DNA of 39,355 nt from a virus (lineage: Duplodnaviria > Caudoviricetes), in the IMG/VR virus record IMGVR_UViG_3300037310_000255, positions 1-39,355 of that record; one strand, given 5' to 3'. The position numbers were made by a program, and so were the translations under genes. Below are positions 1-7,436 of the stretch, in pieces; the stretch's first letter is position 1; every line of letters starts with the position of its first letter. Under the pieces are notes generated by a model that was given only the letters and a program-made list of their open reading frames with translations, was not told where the DNA came from and did not search any database.

Positions 1-15
1 GTTGCGTCCCCCCCC

Positions 16-114
16 GCGACGGCGGCACGCTCGGTGGCGCCGTCGATACCGACCTCGCGCTGACCAGCAACAGGCTGTGGACCCTGGAAGCGCCGAGCGC
101 CAACGCGTTCACGA
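16..114. repeat. 99-bp terminal direct repeat, left copy (circular assembly overlap)
   Basis: gcgacggcggcacg...gcgttcacga is identical to 39257-39355. Bases 1-15 do not match the right end. Confidence 0.95.
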
Positions 115-200
115 CGACCTTGACGCTCACGCTCAAGGATGGCGGCGGCAATACGGTTGCGACTGGCAGTGCAACGCTCGTTGCGGACGCGACCCTATGA
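16..200 (+). CDS. 3' part of the tail-associated protein that starts at 38899 and crosses the circular junction
   Basis: The reading frame from 38899 continues through the repeat as ...APSANAFTTTLTLTLKDGGGNTVATGSATLVADATL to TGA at 198-200. Confidence 0.8.
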
Positions 201-213
201 GAGCGCACGCCTG

Positions 214-651
214 ATGCCCGCGTACGACTCTCTGGAGGCTGCTGTCTACTACGCCGCGGATGCCGCGCGGGCGATTTACGGCAACAAGCGCGAGGCGATC
301 TCGATCGTGTACGAGCAGGACGGGCGCTTTCACTTCACCCCGCCGGTCTCTGAACAGGAGGCCCACGGCCCGCACCGCGCCAAGGCGGCCATACCGATCC
401 CCAAGGGGAGCGCACGGTACATCGTTCACAACCATCCGAGCGGGGATCGCGACCACCTGTTCTCCGAGAACGACATTGCGATGGCGCACGAGCTCCGCGT
501 GCCGTCGGCGATTATCTTCGGCCGCGAGACACCGACCATCCGCGTGTTTCAACCCGACTCCACGAGCGTGACGCGCGTGCGCCGGGCGCGCGCTAGCCTG
601 GGCGACGCGTTCAACTGGAAGCCGCCGGCCGCCGGCCAAGGGAATCCATGA
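214..651 (+). CDS. JAB/MPN-family (JAMM) metalloprotease-like protein
   Basis: Upstream Glu (KREAI) plus HNHPSG-x5-FSEND fits the JAMM pattern E...HxH-x-S-x2-D. ATG at 214 follows the tail gene. Confidence 0.65.
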   Translation: MPAYDSLEAAVYYAADAARAIYGNKREAISIVYEQDGRFHFTPPVSEQEAHGPHRAKAAIPIPKGSARYIVHNHPSGDRDHLFSENDIAMAHELRVPSAIIFGRETPTIRVFQPDSTSVTRVRRARASLGDAFNWKPPAAGQGNP

Positions 652-977
652 TGCGGGTAGTCCTCAGTGCCACGGTGTTGTGGTTCGGCGTGCACTGGGC
701 GTTCGTCGCCGTGATGCACGCGAAGGCGATTGAGCGTGCGCAGGGCTTGACCCTGTACTGGCGCGTGATCCTGTATCCGCTCGCGGCGATCGGGCTCACG
801 CTCGACGCCGCGTTCAACCTCACCTTCGGCACGCTCATGTTCCGCGAGCTCCCGCACGAGCTGCTGTTCACAGCGCGCTGTCAGCGGCACGCACGCGGCG
901 CAGGCCGACGCCAACGCCTCGCCCTTTGGTGGGCGCGGCAGCTCAATCAGTTCGACACCGGGCACATCGAGCCATGA
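648..977 (+). CDS. phage membrane protein with two hydrophobic segments, directly upstream of the lysozyme
   Basis: Hydrophobic stretches VVLSATVLWFGVHWAFVAV and VILYPLAAIGLTL; ATGA overlaps with both neighbours. Confidence 0.75.
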   Translation: MMRVVLSATVLWFGVHWAFVAVMHAKAIERAQGLTLYWRVILYPLAAIGLTLDAAFNLTFGTLMFRELPHELLFTARCQRHARGAGRRQRLALWWARQLNQFDTGHIEP

Positions 978-1393
978 ACGTGCAGCTTTGGAAGGCTCAT
1001 CTCGAGTGGGCCGAGGAACGCCGGCAGAAGCCCTACGTCGACTCCGTCGGCAAGCTCTCGATCGGCATCGGTCGCAACCTCGACGATCGCGGGCTGCGCG
1101 ACAGCGAGATCGACTTCTTGCTCGACAACGACGTCGCCGAGGTTCTCGCCGAGTGTGCCGCGTTGCCGTACTGGGGTTTGCTCAACGACGCCCGGCAGAT
1201 CGTCATCGCAGACATGGTTTTCAATCTCGGGCTCGGACGGTTTCTCAAGTTCCGCAAGCTCGCGGCGGCGCTCGAGGTCGAGGATTACGAGACGGCGGCC
1301 GACGAGATGAAGGCGTCGAAGTGGTACGGGCAAGTCAAGCGGCGCGCCGAGAGGCTCGTTGCCGCGATGAGGAGCGGGCGATGGACGTCGTGA
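974..1393 (+). CDS. endolysin, T4-lysozyme-like (GH24)
   Basis: E..R.KPYVDSVGKLSIGIGRNL, DMVFNLG, AADEMKASKWYGQVKRRAERL. Confidence 0.9.
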   Translation: MNVQLWKAHLEWAEERRQKPYVDSVGKLSIGIGRNLDDRGLRDSEIDFLLDNDVAEVLAECAALPYWGLLNDARQIVIADMVFNLGLGRFLKFRKLAAALEVEDYETAADEMKASKWYGQVKRRAERLVAAMRSGRWTS

Positions 1394-1689
1394 CGGCCGT
1401 GAAAATCTGGCTCGCCGTACGCCCGATCAAGCGTTTGAAGGAGCGGCGCCGCGCCAAGCGTGCGGCGGCCGCTGCCAGCGGATCGTCAACCCCACCTGAG
1501 GAGACTGCAATGAACGCGAATGTCTTGACCCAGATCGTGCTCGGTGTGTTGCGCCATGCGATGACGGCCCTCGCGCCGCTCGGCTTCGCCGTCTCGGACG
1601 ACGGGCTCGTGCAAATCGCGGGCGTCATCGTCACGGCGATCGGCCTCGCCTGGAGTGCCATGCGGAAGGTCAACCGCGCCGCGTCGTAA
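1381..1689 (+). CDS. putative holin with two TM helices; alternative in-frame start at 1510
   Basis: Follows the lysozyme; LGVLRHAMTALAPLGF and QIAGVIVTAIGLAWS helices with a basic C-tail; GAGGAG upstream of ATG 1510. Confidence 0.7.
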   Translation: MDVVTAVKIWLAVRPIKRLKERRRAKRAAAAASGSSTPPEETAMNANVLTQIVLGVLRHAMTALAPLGFAVSDDGLVQIAGVIVTAIGLAWSAMRKVNRAAS

Positions 1690-1709
1690 CGCGCGAGGAG
1701 GAGAGGTCG

Positions 1710-2129
1710 ATGGCTCTGTCGAACAAGACCAAGGGCTGGATGAGCGTGGTTGTCGCCGCGATCGCGGGCTCCTGGGGCTTTCACGAGTGGGTCGGCAAGA
1801 GCCATCTGCCGGTGCACCTGATGACGCGGGCCGAGGCGCAGACGTTGCAGCAGGAGGTCAAAGCGGCGGCCGATACGGCGAAGGCGGCGGCCCAGGCGGC
1901 GACGGAGACCAGCCGTCGCCTCTTCGACTACATCGAGCGTCAAGAGCTCAAGGAAGAACGGGCCACGCTCGATCGGCTCAAGGGCGATCTGCAGGAGACG
2001 CTCTTGTGGGAGAGCCAGAACGGCGAGAACGCACTGAGCCGCTCGCGTAAGGCCGACCTCAATGCACGCATCCGGGAGACCGAAGAGCGAATCCGTTGCA
2101 CGCTGACGCCGGACGCAGGCGGCTGCTGA
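1710..2129 (+). CDS. N-terminally anchored coiled-coil membrane protein, possibly spanin-like
   Basis: Strong SD GAGGAGGAGAGG; TM segment WMSVVVAAIAGSWGF followed by heptad-rich helices; lies in the lysis cluster. Confidence 0.55.
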   Translation: MALSNKTKGWMSVVVAAIAGSWGFHEWVGKSHLPVHLMTRAEAQTLQQEVKAAADTAKAAAQAATETSRRLFDYIERQELKEERATLDRLKGDLQETLLWESQNGENALSRSRKADLNARIRETEERIRCTLTPDAGGC

Positions 2130-3544
2130 TGCCCCAGCGCATCACGATTCCCTTCGTCGGCGGCACCAACCGCTCGAAGTTCATCAAGGTCAACAACCAG
2201 GCGACGGTGAACCTCGTGAACTCGATCCGCGGCGAGGGGGCGAAGGCGCCGGTCGTGCTCGAGTCGATCCCTGGCAACGTCGACGTCGGCGCCGCCGGCG
2301 ACGGCGCGTGCCGCACGCCGAAGCTCGTGAACTGGAAAGGCGCGCTCTACGGCGTCTTCGGCACGAAGCTCGTGAAGATCACGTCGAAGGGCGCCACGAG
2401 CGTCGGCACGCTGACCAGTGGCGCGACGGGGCGCTGCTCGATCGCGCGAGGCCGCAACTACATCCTCGTCGTCGACGGCGTGGAGGGTTACACGTGGAAC
2501 GACACCACGTTCGCGGCCGTGGCCGACCCCGATTTCCCCGCGAAGCCGACCCACGCCGCCTATCAAGACGGGTTCTTCATCGTCAACGACGCGGACACCG
2601 ACAACTTCTACATCTGCGAAACCGTCGAGGACCCGACTGCGTGGAACGCCCTCGACTTCGAGGCCGCGAGCGCCGCGCCCGACCACGCGCTCGCGCATTG
2701 CAGCTCGCAATCGATCCTCTACATCGCCGGCGACGAGACGACGCAGCTCTACTACAACAGCGGCAACGCCGACTTCCCCTTCGCGCTCATCCAAAGCGCC
2801 ACGCAGGAGGTCGGAATCCTCGCGCCGGACAGCATGGCGGAGTCGGACGACGGCGTGTTCTTCCTCGCGACGACGCCCGAGGGCGGCCGTTTCGTGTACC
2901 GGATCCAGGGCCAGGCCGGCGAGGTCATCAGCGGCAACGAGCAGGCCGATCTCCTCGAGGACGTCGAGGATCCGACGACGGCGTACGGCTTCGTGTACAA
3001 GCAGGGCAGCCATCGCTTCTACGTGCTGCAGCTCGACGACGGCGATCTCACGCTCGTCTACAACATCGTCGCGAAGCGTTGGGAGGAGCGGCAGCTGCAG
3101 GACGGTAGCGGCTGGCGCGCCGCAGGCCACGGCGTGCTCGACAACCAGAACATCATCGGCTCCCGGCTCGCGGCCCGGTATTACCGCCTCGACCCCGACG
3201 TCTACGAGGACGCCGGCGAGGAGCTCGTCCGCCGGCGCGTCACCCAGATCGTGCACGTGAACGATCACTTGCTCGACTGGCACGAGGTCGTCATCGACGT
3301 CCAGGCCGGCGTCGGCAACGCCTCGAGCCCGGATCCGCAGCTCCGCCTGCGGCATACCGACGACAACGGCGATTGGTCGTCGCAGCTCATTGCGCCGATG
3401 GGCAAGGCGGGCGAGCGGATCCGCCGCTGCGTGTTCCGCAACCTCGGGCTCGCGAGGGGTAAGCAGCTTGAGGTTGAATGCGCGGACCGCGTCCCGCTCA
3501 CCATCGTCTCCGCGTACGCGGTGGTGACGGTGCTCAACGACTGA
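2129..3544 (+). CDS. packaged-DNA stabilisation / tail nozzle protein, P22 gp10-like
   Basis: About 470 aa, beta-rich; IPFVGG...QATVNL N-terminus, DGFFIVN, YKQGSHRFYVL..TLVYNI...W.ER, LRHTDDNGDWS...MGKAGE..RR..FRNLG. Confidence 0.85.
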   Translation: MPQRITIPFVGGTNRSKFIKVNNQATVNLVNSIRGEGAKAPVVLESIPGNVDVGAAGDGACRTPKLVNWKGALYGVFGTKLVKITSKGATSVGTLTSGATGRCSIARGRNYILVVDGVEGYTWNDTTFAAVADPDFPAKPTHAAYQDGFFIVNDADTDNFYICETVEDPTAWNALDFEAASAAPDHALAHCSSQSILYIAGDETTQLYYNSGNADFPFALIQSATQEVGILAPDSMAESDDGVFFLATTPEGGRFVYRIQGQAGEVISGNEQADLLEDVEDPTTAYGFVYKQGSHRFYVLQLDDGDLTLVYNIVAKRWEERQLQDGSGWRAAGHGVLDNQNIIGSRLAARYYRLDPDVYEDAGEELVRRRVTQIVHVNDHLLDWHEVVIDVQAGVGNASSPDPQLRLRHTDDNGDWSSQLIAPMGKAGERIRRCVFRNLGLARGKQLEVECADRVPLTIVSAYAVVTVLND

Positions 3545-3556
3545 GGGGTCTGCACC

Positions 3557-3751
3557 ATGAAAGGCCAGCGATTCCGCAAAGAGGATCAGAAGGTCAACAC
3601 CGCGATCGCCGTCTCGCCCGAGACGCTGGCGCACCTGAAGAAAGTGGCGCAGCCCGGCGAGGTCATCGACGACACGCTCCGCCGGTTGCTCGGTCTCCCG
3701 TCCCGAGATCCGGCCACGGTCCGGCGCGGTCCTCCTGACGACACGCAGTGA
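3557..3751 (+). CDS. small putative ribbon-helix-helix DNA-binding protein
   Basis: SD GAGGGG; TAIAVSPETLAHLKK...GEVIDDTLRRLL has a strand-helix-helix pattern. Confidence 0.55.
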   Translation: MKGQRFRKEDQKVNTAIAVSPETLAHLKKVAQPGEVIDDTLRRLLGLPSRDPATVRRGPPDDTQ

Positions 3752-4140
3752 GCCTCGAGCCGTATCGCGACTCGACGCTCCCCGAGCGGTTTCTGCGGTG
3801 GCTCGCCACGCTGCGGGCGCAGTTCAATCCGCCGGTGTTCATCGCGCCGACGCTGCTCAATTCGTGGGTCGCCTACGACGCCGGCGCGCACGGGCTGCCC
3901 GGGTACTACAAGGATCCGTTCGGGCGCGTTCACCTGCGAGGCATGGTGAAGAACGGCACGATCGGGCAAGCCATCTTCAACCTGCCGGTAGGCTTCAGGC
4001 CGTCCGGGCACTTGCCGTTCGCGGCGGTGAGCAACGAGGCCTTCTCCCGCGTCGATGCTCGATTCAATGGCGATGTGATTTGCTTCGTCGGGAACAACGC
4101 ATGGGTGTCGCTGAACGGGATCTCCTTCGCGGCCGTATGA
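3748..4140 (+). CDS. minor tail / receptor-binding-type beta-domain protein
   Basis: PTLLNSW...YYKDPFGRVHLRG...IFNLPVGFRP...WVSLNGISF is a motif set typical of tail-fibre C-terminal domains. Confidence 0.7.
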   Translation: MSLEPYRDSTLPERFLRWLATLRAQFNPPVFIAPTLLNSWVAYDAGAHGLPGYYKDPFGRVHLRGMVKNGTIGQAIFNLPVGFRPSGHLPFAAVSNEAFSRVDARFNGDVICFVGNNAWVSLNGISFAAV

Positions 4141-4640
4141 CCGAGTGCCGGTCCCAAATTTGGATGGAGCAGAAGAACTGCACCGACACCGACGGCTCGA
4201 TCTGCGCCTGTCGCCATCGCGAGCTCGTCGAGCGCGAGCGCAGCGGTGACGTCCAACGAGCTCGTGAGCGCATCCTCGCGTTCCAAGCGATGCTCGAGGC
4301 CTTGCCGGGCGCCCTCATCGGGCAGAACGCGCTGCCGCTCTTTCACCACTTCGCGACCGGGGTCTACGTCCGCGAGCTCCGGCTGCCGGCCGACGCGATC
4401 GCCGTCGGCGAGATCCACCGCTTCGACTGCGTGAACATCGTCATCGGCGACGTCGACGTCATTACCGGCGGCGACGAGGAATCGGCGCGCGAGCTGCGCG
4501 GCTTGAACGTGTTCGTGACACCGGGCGGAGTGAAGCGTGCAGTGCGGACGCGCTCAGAAGTGACGTGGATCACGGTGCATGCCAACCCGAGCGATGATCG
4601 GGATGGCGAGCGGATGATCGAGCGCCTGACCGTACCGTGA
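4137..4640 (+). CDS. cupin-fold phage protein of the kind found upstream of ejection-protein genes
   Basis: LFHHFATGVYVRELRLPA....GEIHR...G.KRAV......WITVHAN. Confidence 0.75.
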   Translation: MTECRSQIWMEQKNCTDTDGSICACRHRELVERERSGDVQRARERILAFQAMLEALPGALIGQNALPLFHHFATGVYVRELRLPADAIAVGEIHRFDCVNIVIGDVDVITGGDEESARELRGLNVFVTPGGVKRAVRTRSEVTWITVHANPSDDRDGERMIERLTVP

Positions 4641-4773
4641 AAAGCTTCGAGGACACGGCGGAGCTAGCCGCCACCAAATGTAATATTTTGGGGAGTACCT
4701 GACCAGGGGTCACCTGAGATCTCGTCTCCTAGCGCGTTATACGCGGCCGTTTTCTCCGCCCGCCGTTGGCAGG

Positions 4774-4803
4774 TTGCAGTTCTGGCACTTTTCGGCCTAG
4801 CAT
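4774..4803 (+). promoter_or_regulatory. candidate sigma70 promoter
   Basis: TTGCAG-N18-TAGCAT in a 283-bp intergenic gap. Confidence 0.4.
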
Positions 4804-4805
4804 CG

Positions 4806-4923
4806 GCCCCGCGGTCACTTCTGTAGGTGCGGCAGCTTCCGGATGAGCTGACCGGCCCGACCGTTCCCAGCGTCGAGGTCCTTCGACGGTCTGGAGTCTC
4901 ATCCCGAGCGCGGGGCACCACCA
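4806..4923 (+). ncRNA. candidate structured leader or ncRNA
   Basis: Closing stem GCCCCGCG/CGCGGGGC followed by ACCACCA; several internal hairpins. Confidence 0.4.
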
Positions 4924-6531
4924 ATGTCATTCATGGCCGTTGCCGTAGTGGGATCTGCGGTCGTGGGCGCCGTTGCGTCGAACAAGGCCGCCAGCAAAGC
5001 CTCGAAAGCCAGCGCGCAGGGTGCCGCGGCCGCGGCCGACGCCACGATCGAATCGACGCGCATGCAGATCGAGGAGATCAGCCGCCAGTTCGACTATCAG
5101 CAAGAAGTGCTGCGGCCGTTCGTTCAGAACCAGCAGCGCGCGTCGCAGGCGTATTCGAACTTACTCGGCTACTCGCAGGAGCAGATCGGGCCCTCGCCGT
5201 CGCTGCGCGCCGAGGAGTCGAGCGGGCCCCCGATGTCGATCCGGCCGCCGCCCGGCGGAGGTGCTGCGAACAGCCGCGACATGATGTTCCGGCCCGGCCG
5301 CGAGCAGTTCAGCACGGCGGCGGCTTCGAAGCCCTTCAACGGCGTGACGATCGACGGGAGTACCGGCGAAGTCATCGGCCGCGGCGGGCAGCCGTTCCGC
5401 GATCCGAACGTGAACTACCTTGCCATGGGCCGCGGCAGCGCCGCCGACACCGAGCTCGGCCGCGCGGCGCGTGAGAATCGACTCGCCGGCGCCACCGTGG
5501 GCGACGACGAGCTCGTGGGCTACGTCGGCCGCACGGGCCTTGCCCGCGGCGCGGCCGCGGATTCGGGCATCCGGCGCGCCGAGGACGTGCGGCTGTCGTC
5601 GACGATCACGGGCACCGAGGCGCGCGATCGCGCGGCCAACGTCCGGCTCGCCGCGCCCGGCGGCTACACGAACGATCCACGCTTCCAGTTCGCCCGCGAC
5701 ACGGCGATCGTCGGCGACCGGTTCACCGAGAGCCCGGGCTACGGGTTCCAGGTCGAGCAGATGCAGCGCGAGCTCGACCGCAAGAACAGCGCCGGCGGCA
5801 ACTACGGTGGCCGCGCGCTGCTCGAGGCGCAGCGGCGGGCGAAGGGCGTGGCGGCGCAGGACTACTACAACTGGGTCGGCGCGCGCGGCGCGGATCTCTC
5901 GCGGCAGGACGCAGCGCTTGCGCGCTATCAAGACTTCGAGGCCGCCGACGTCGGCCGTGGCGACGTCGCGCTTGAGTCGGATCTCGCACGCCGGCTCGCG
6001 ACGGAGCAGTACGACATTGGCCGCGGCGACGTCGCGCTGGGCGATTACCGCCGGCGCGAGGAGCTCGATCTCGCGCGCGGTGACGCGGCCTACGAGAACT
6101 TCCTCGGCCGCCGAGCGATGGACGTGCAGCGCGGCGACACGGCGATCCAGGAGAACACGCGCCTCACGCAGTACGACCTGCAGCGCCAGGACCAGGCGTA
6201 CTACAACTATCTCGCGAGCTTGGGCGGGGCGGCGGGTTTGAACGTCGGTGCGCCGCAAGCGGTCGCGAGCTCGGCGCAGGCCGGAGCCCAGACGGCCGGC
6301 GCGTACGCGCAGCAAGGCGGGCAGCTCGCTTCGATCTACGGGCAGCGTGGCCAAGATGAGGCGAACATCCAGCTCGGCAAGTACGCGAACATCAACAGCT
6401 CGATCCAGAGCGGGATCGGCAACTGGCTCACGTACGCCGCGCTGCGTCCGCAGCCGACGACACCGCAGCCGGTCGGCTACGGCAACTACTTCGACTACAA
6501 CGCGGCGCGTCCATACGCTGGGTACGGCTGA
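4924..6531 (+). CDS. DNA ejection / internal virion protein (P22 gp7-like position)
   Basis: MSFMAVAVVGSAVVGAVASNKAA..A N-terminus, SPGYGF..EQ motif, Ala/Gly/Gln-rich composition. Confidence 0.8.
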   Translation: MSFMAVAVVGSAVVGAVASNKAASKASKASAQGAAAAADATIESTRMQIEEISRQFDYQQEVLRPFVQNQQRASQAYSNLLGYSQEQIGPSPSLRAEESSGPPMSIRPPPGGGAANSRDMMFRPGREQFSTAAASKPFNGVTIDGSTGEVIGRGGQPFRDPNVNYLAMGRGSAADTELGRAARENRLAGATVGDDELVGYVGRTGLARGAAADSGIRRAEDVRLSSTITGTEARDRAANVRLAAPGGYTNDPRFQFARDTAIVGDRFTESPGYGFQVEQMQRELDRKNSAGGNYGGRALLEAQRRAKGVAAQDYYNWVGARGADLSRQDAALARYQDFEAADVGRGDVALESDLARRLATEQYDIGRGDVALGDYRRREELDLARGDAAYENFLGRRAMDVQRGDTAIQENTRLTQYDLQRQDQAYYNYLASLGGAAGLNVGAPQAVASSAQAGAQTAGAYAQQGGQLASIYGQRGQDEANIQLGKYANINSSIQSGIGNWLTYAALRPQPTTPQPVGYGNYFDYNAARPYAGYG

Positions 6532-7430
6532 TGGCGATCAACTTCCCGAAGTTCGAGACCCTCGACTACGGCAACGTGCTCGGCAACGTCGAAGCGATCA
6601 AGGGCGCGCGGCTGCGCAACCAGGTGCTCGGCGCGCAGCTCGACGAGCACGAGAACGTCATCGCGAACCGGCAGAAGGCGGCCCAGATTCGCCAGCACTT
6701 CGCGACGCTGCCCGACCAGGTCGAGGCGCTCGAGCAGGCGGGCATGTTCGAGGAAGCGGATCGGCTCCGCGATAGCGGCAGGCAATCCGCCGCCGCTGTG
6801 CTGCAGATGATGCAGTCGTTCAGCGACGGCCTCACGGAGGAGAACTACAAGACCACGATCCAACAGCTCATCTCGATGGGTGCGGCCGAGAGGCACCAAC
6901 TGCCGGTCGAGTTCGAGGAGTTCAAACCGTTCCTCCGCCGGCAGCAGCGCGAGCTGCGCGGCGCGATCTCGAAGCTCACGCGCCGACGCGTGCGCGACGG
7001 CGTTGAGGAGGAGCAAGAGATCTTTCAGCAGGACGGCGAGATCATCGCTGAAGAGCCGTTCTACGAGACGGGCGAGAGCATGCGCGACCGCACCAGCGGC
7101 GAAGACGGCCGACTGAGCCCTGCCGACTCGAACTCCATCCGTTCGGCGGTGCACAGCGCCGGGTTCTTCAAGACGTCCTTCAATCCCGCCACGGGCGAGC
7201 TCTCGATCCTCGACAGCAGCCAGGCGCGGGATGTGCTGTCGCTCGTCGACGCCGCAACGCGGTTCTACCGCGAGGGGAAAGCCAAGTCGCACAACGAGGC
7301 CGTCACCATGGCGTGGAACGCGTTGCAGGAGGACCTGCAGGGCGAAGCGGCAGTGCAGGGCCGGGACGCTCCGGAGGACCGCCGCACCCGCACGCTGTTT
7401 CCGTCCCGCGACCCCGCGGGCATTCGATAG
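6531..7430 (+). CDS. DNA ejection / internal virion protein (gp20-like position)
   Basis: Coupled between two ejection genes; helical and Gln/Glu-rich; ends DPAGIR. Confidence 0.65.
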   Translation: MAINFPKFETLDYGNVLGNVEAIKGARLRNQVLGAQLDEHENVIANRQKAAQIRQHFATLPDQVEALEQAGMFEEADRLRDSGRQSAAAVLQMMQSFSDGLTEENYKTTIQQLISMGAAERHQLPVEFEEFKPFLRRQQRELRGAISKLTRRRVRDGVEEEQEIFQQDGEIIAEEPFYETGESMRDRTSGEDGRLSPADSNSIRSAVHSAGFFKTSFNPATGELSILDSSQARDVLSLVDAATRFYREGKAKSHNEAVTMAWNALQEDLQGEAAVQGRDAPEDRRTRTLFPSRDPAGIR

Positions 7431-7436
7431 ACGCCC

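Noticed and set aside
1-15. gttgcgt plus a C-run preceding the terminal repeat
   Set aside because: It does not match the sequence before the right-hand copy, so it is probably a contig-end artefact rather than an att site.
4806-4923. Possible tRNA gene (acceptor-like stem plus ACCA)
   Set aside because: It is about 115 nt with no TTCRA T-loop or canonical D and anticodon arms; kept only as a structured-RNA candidate.
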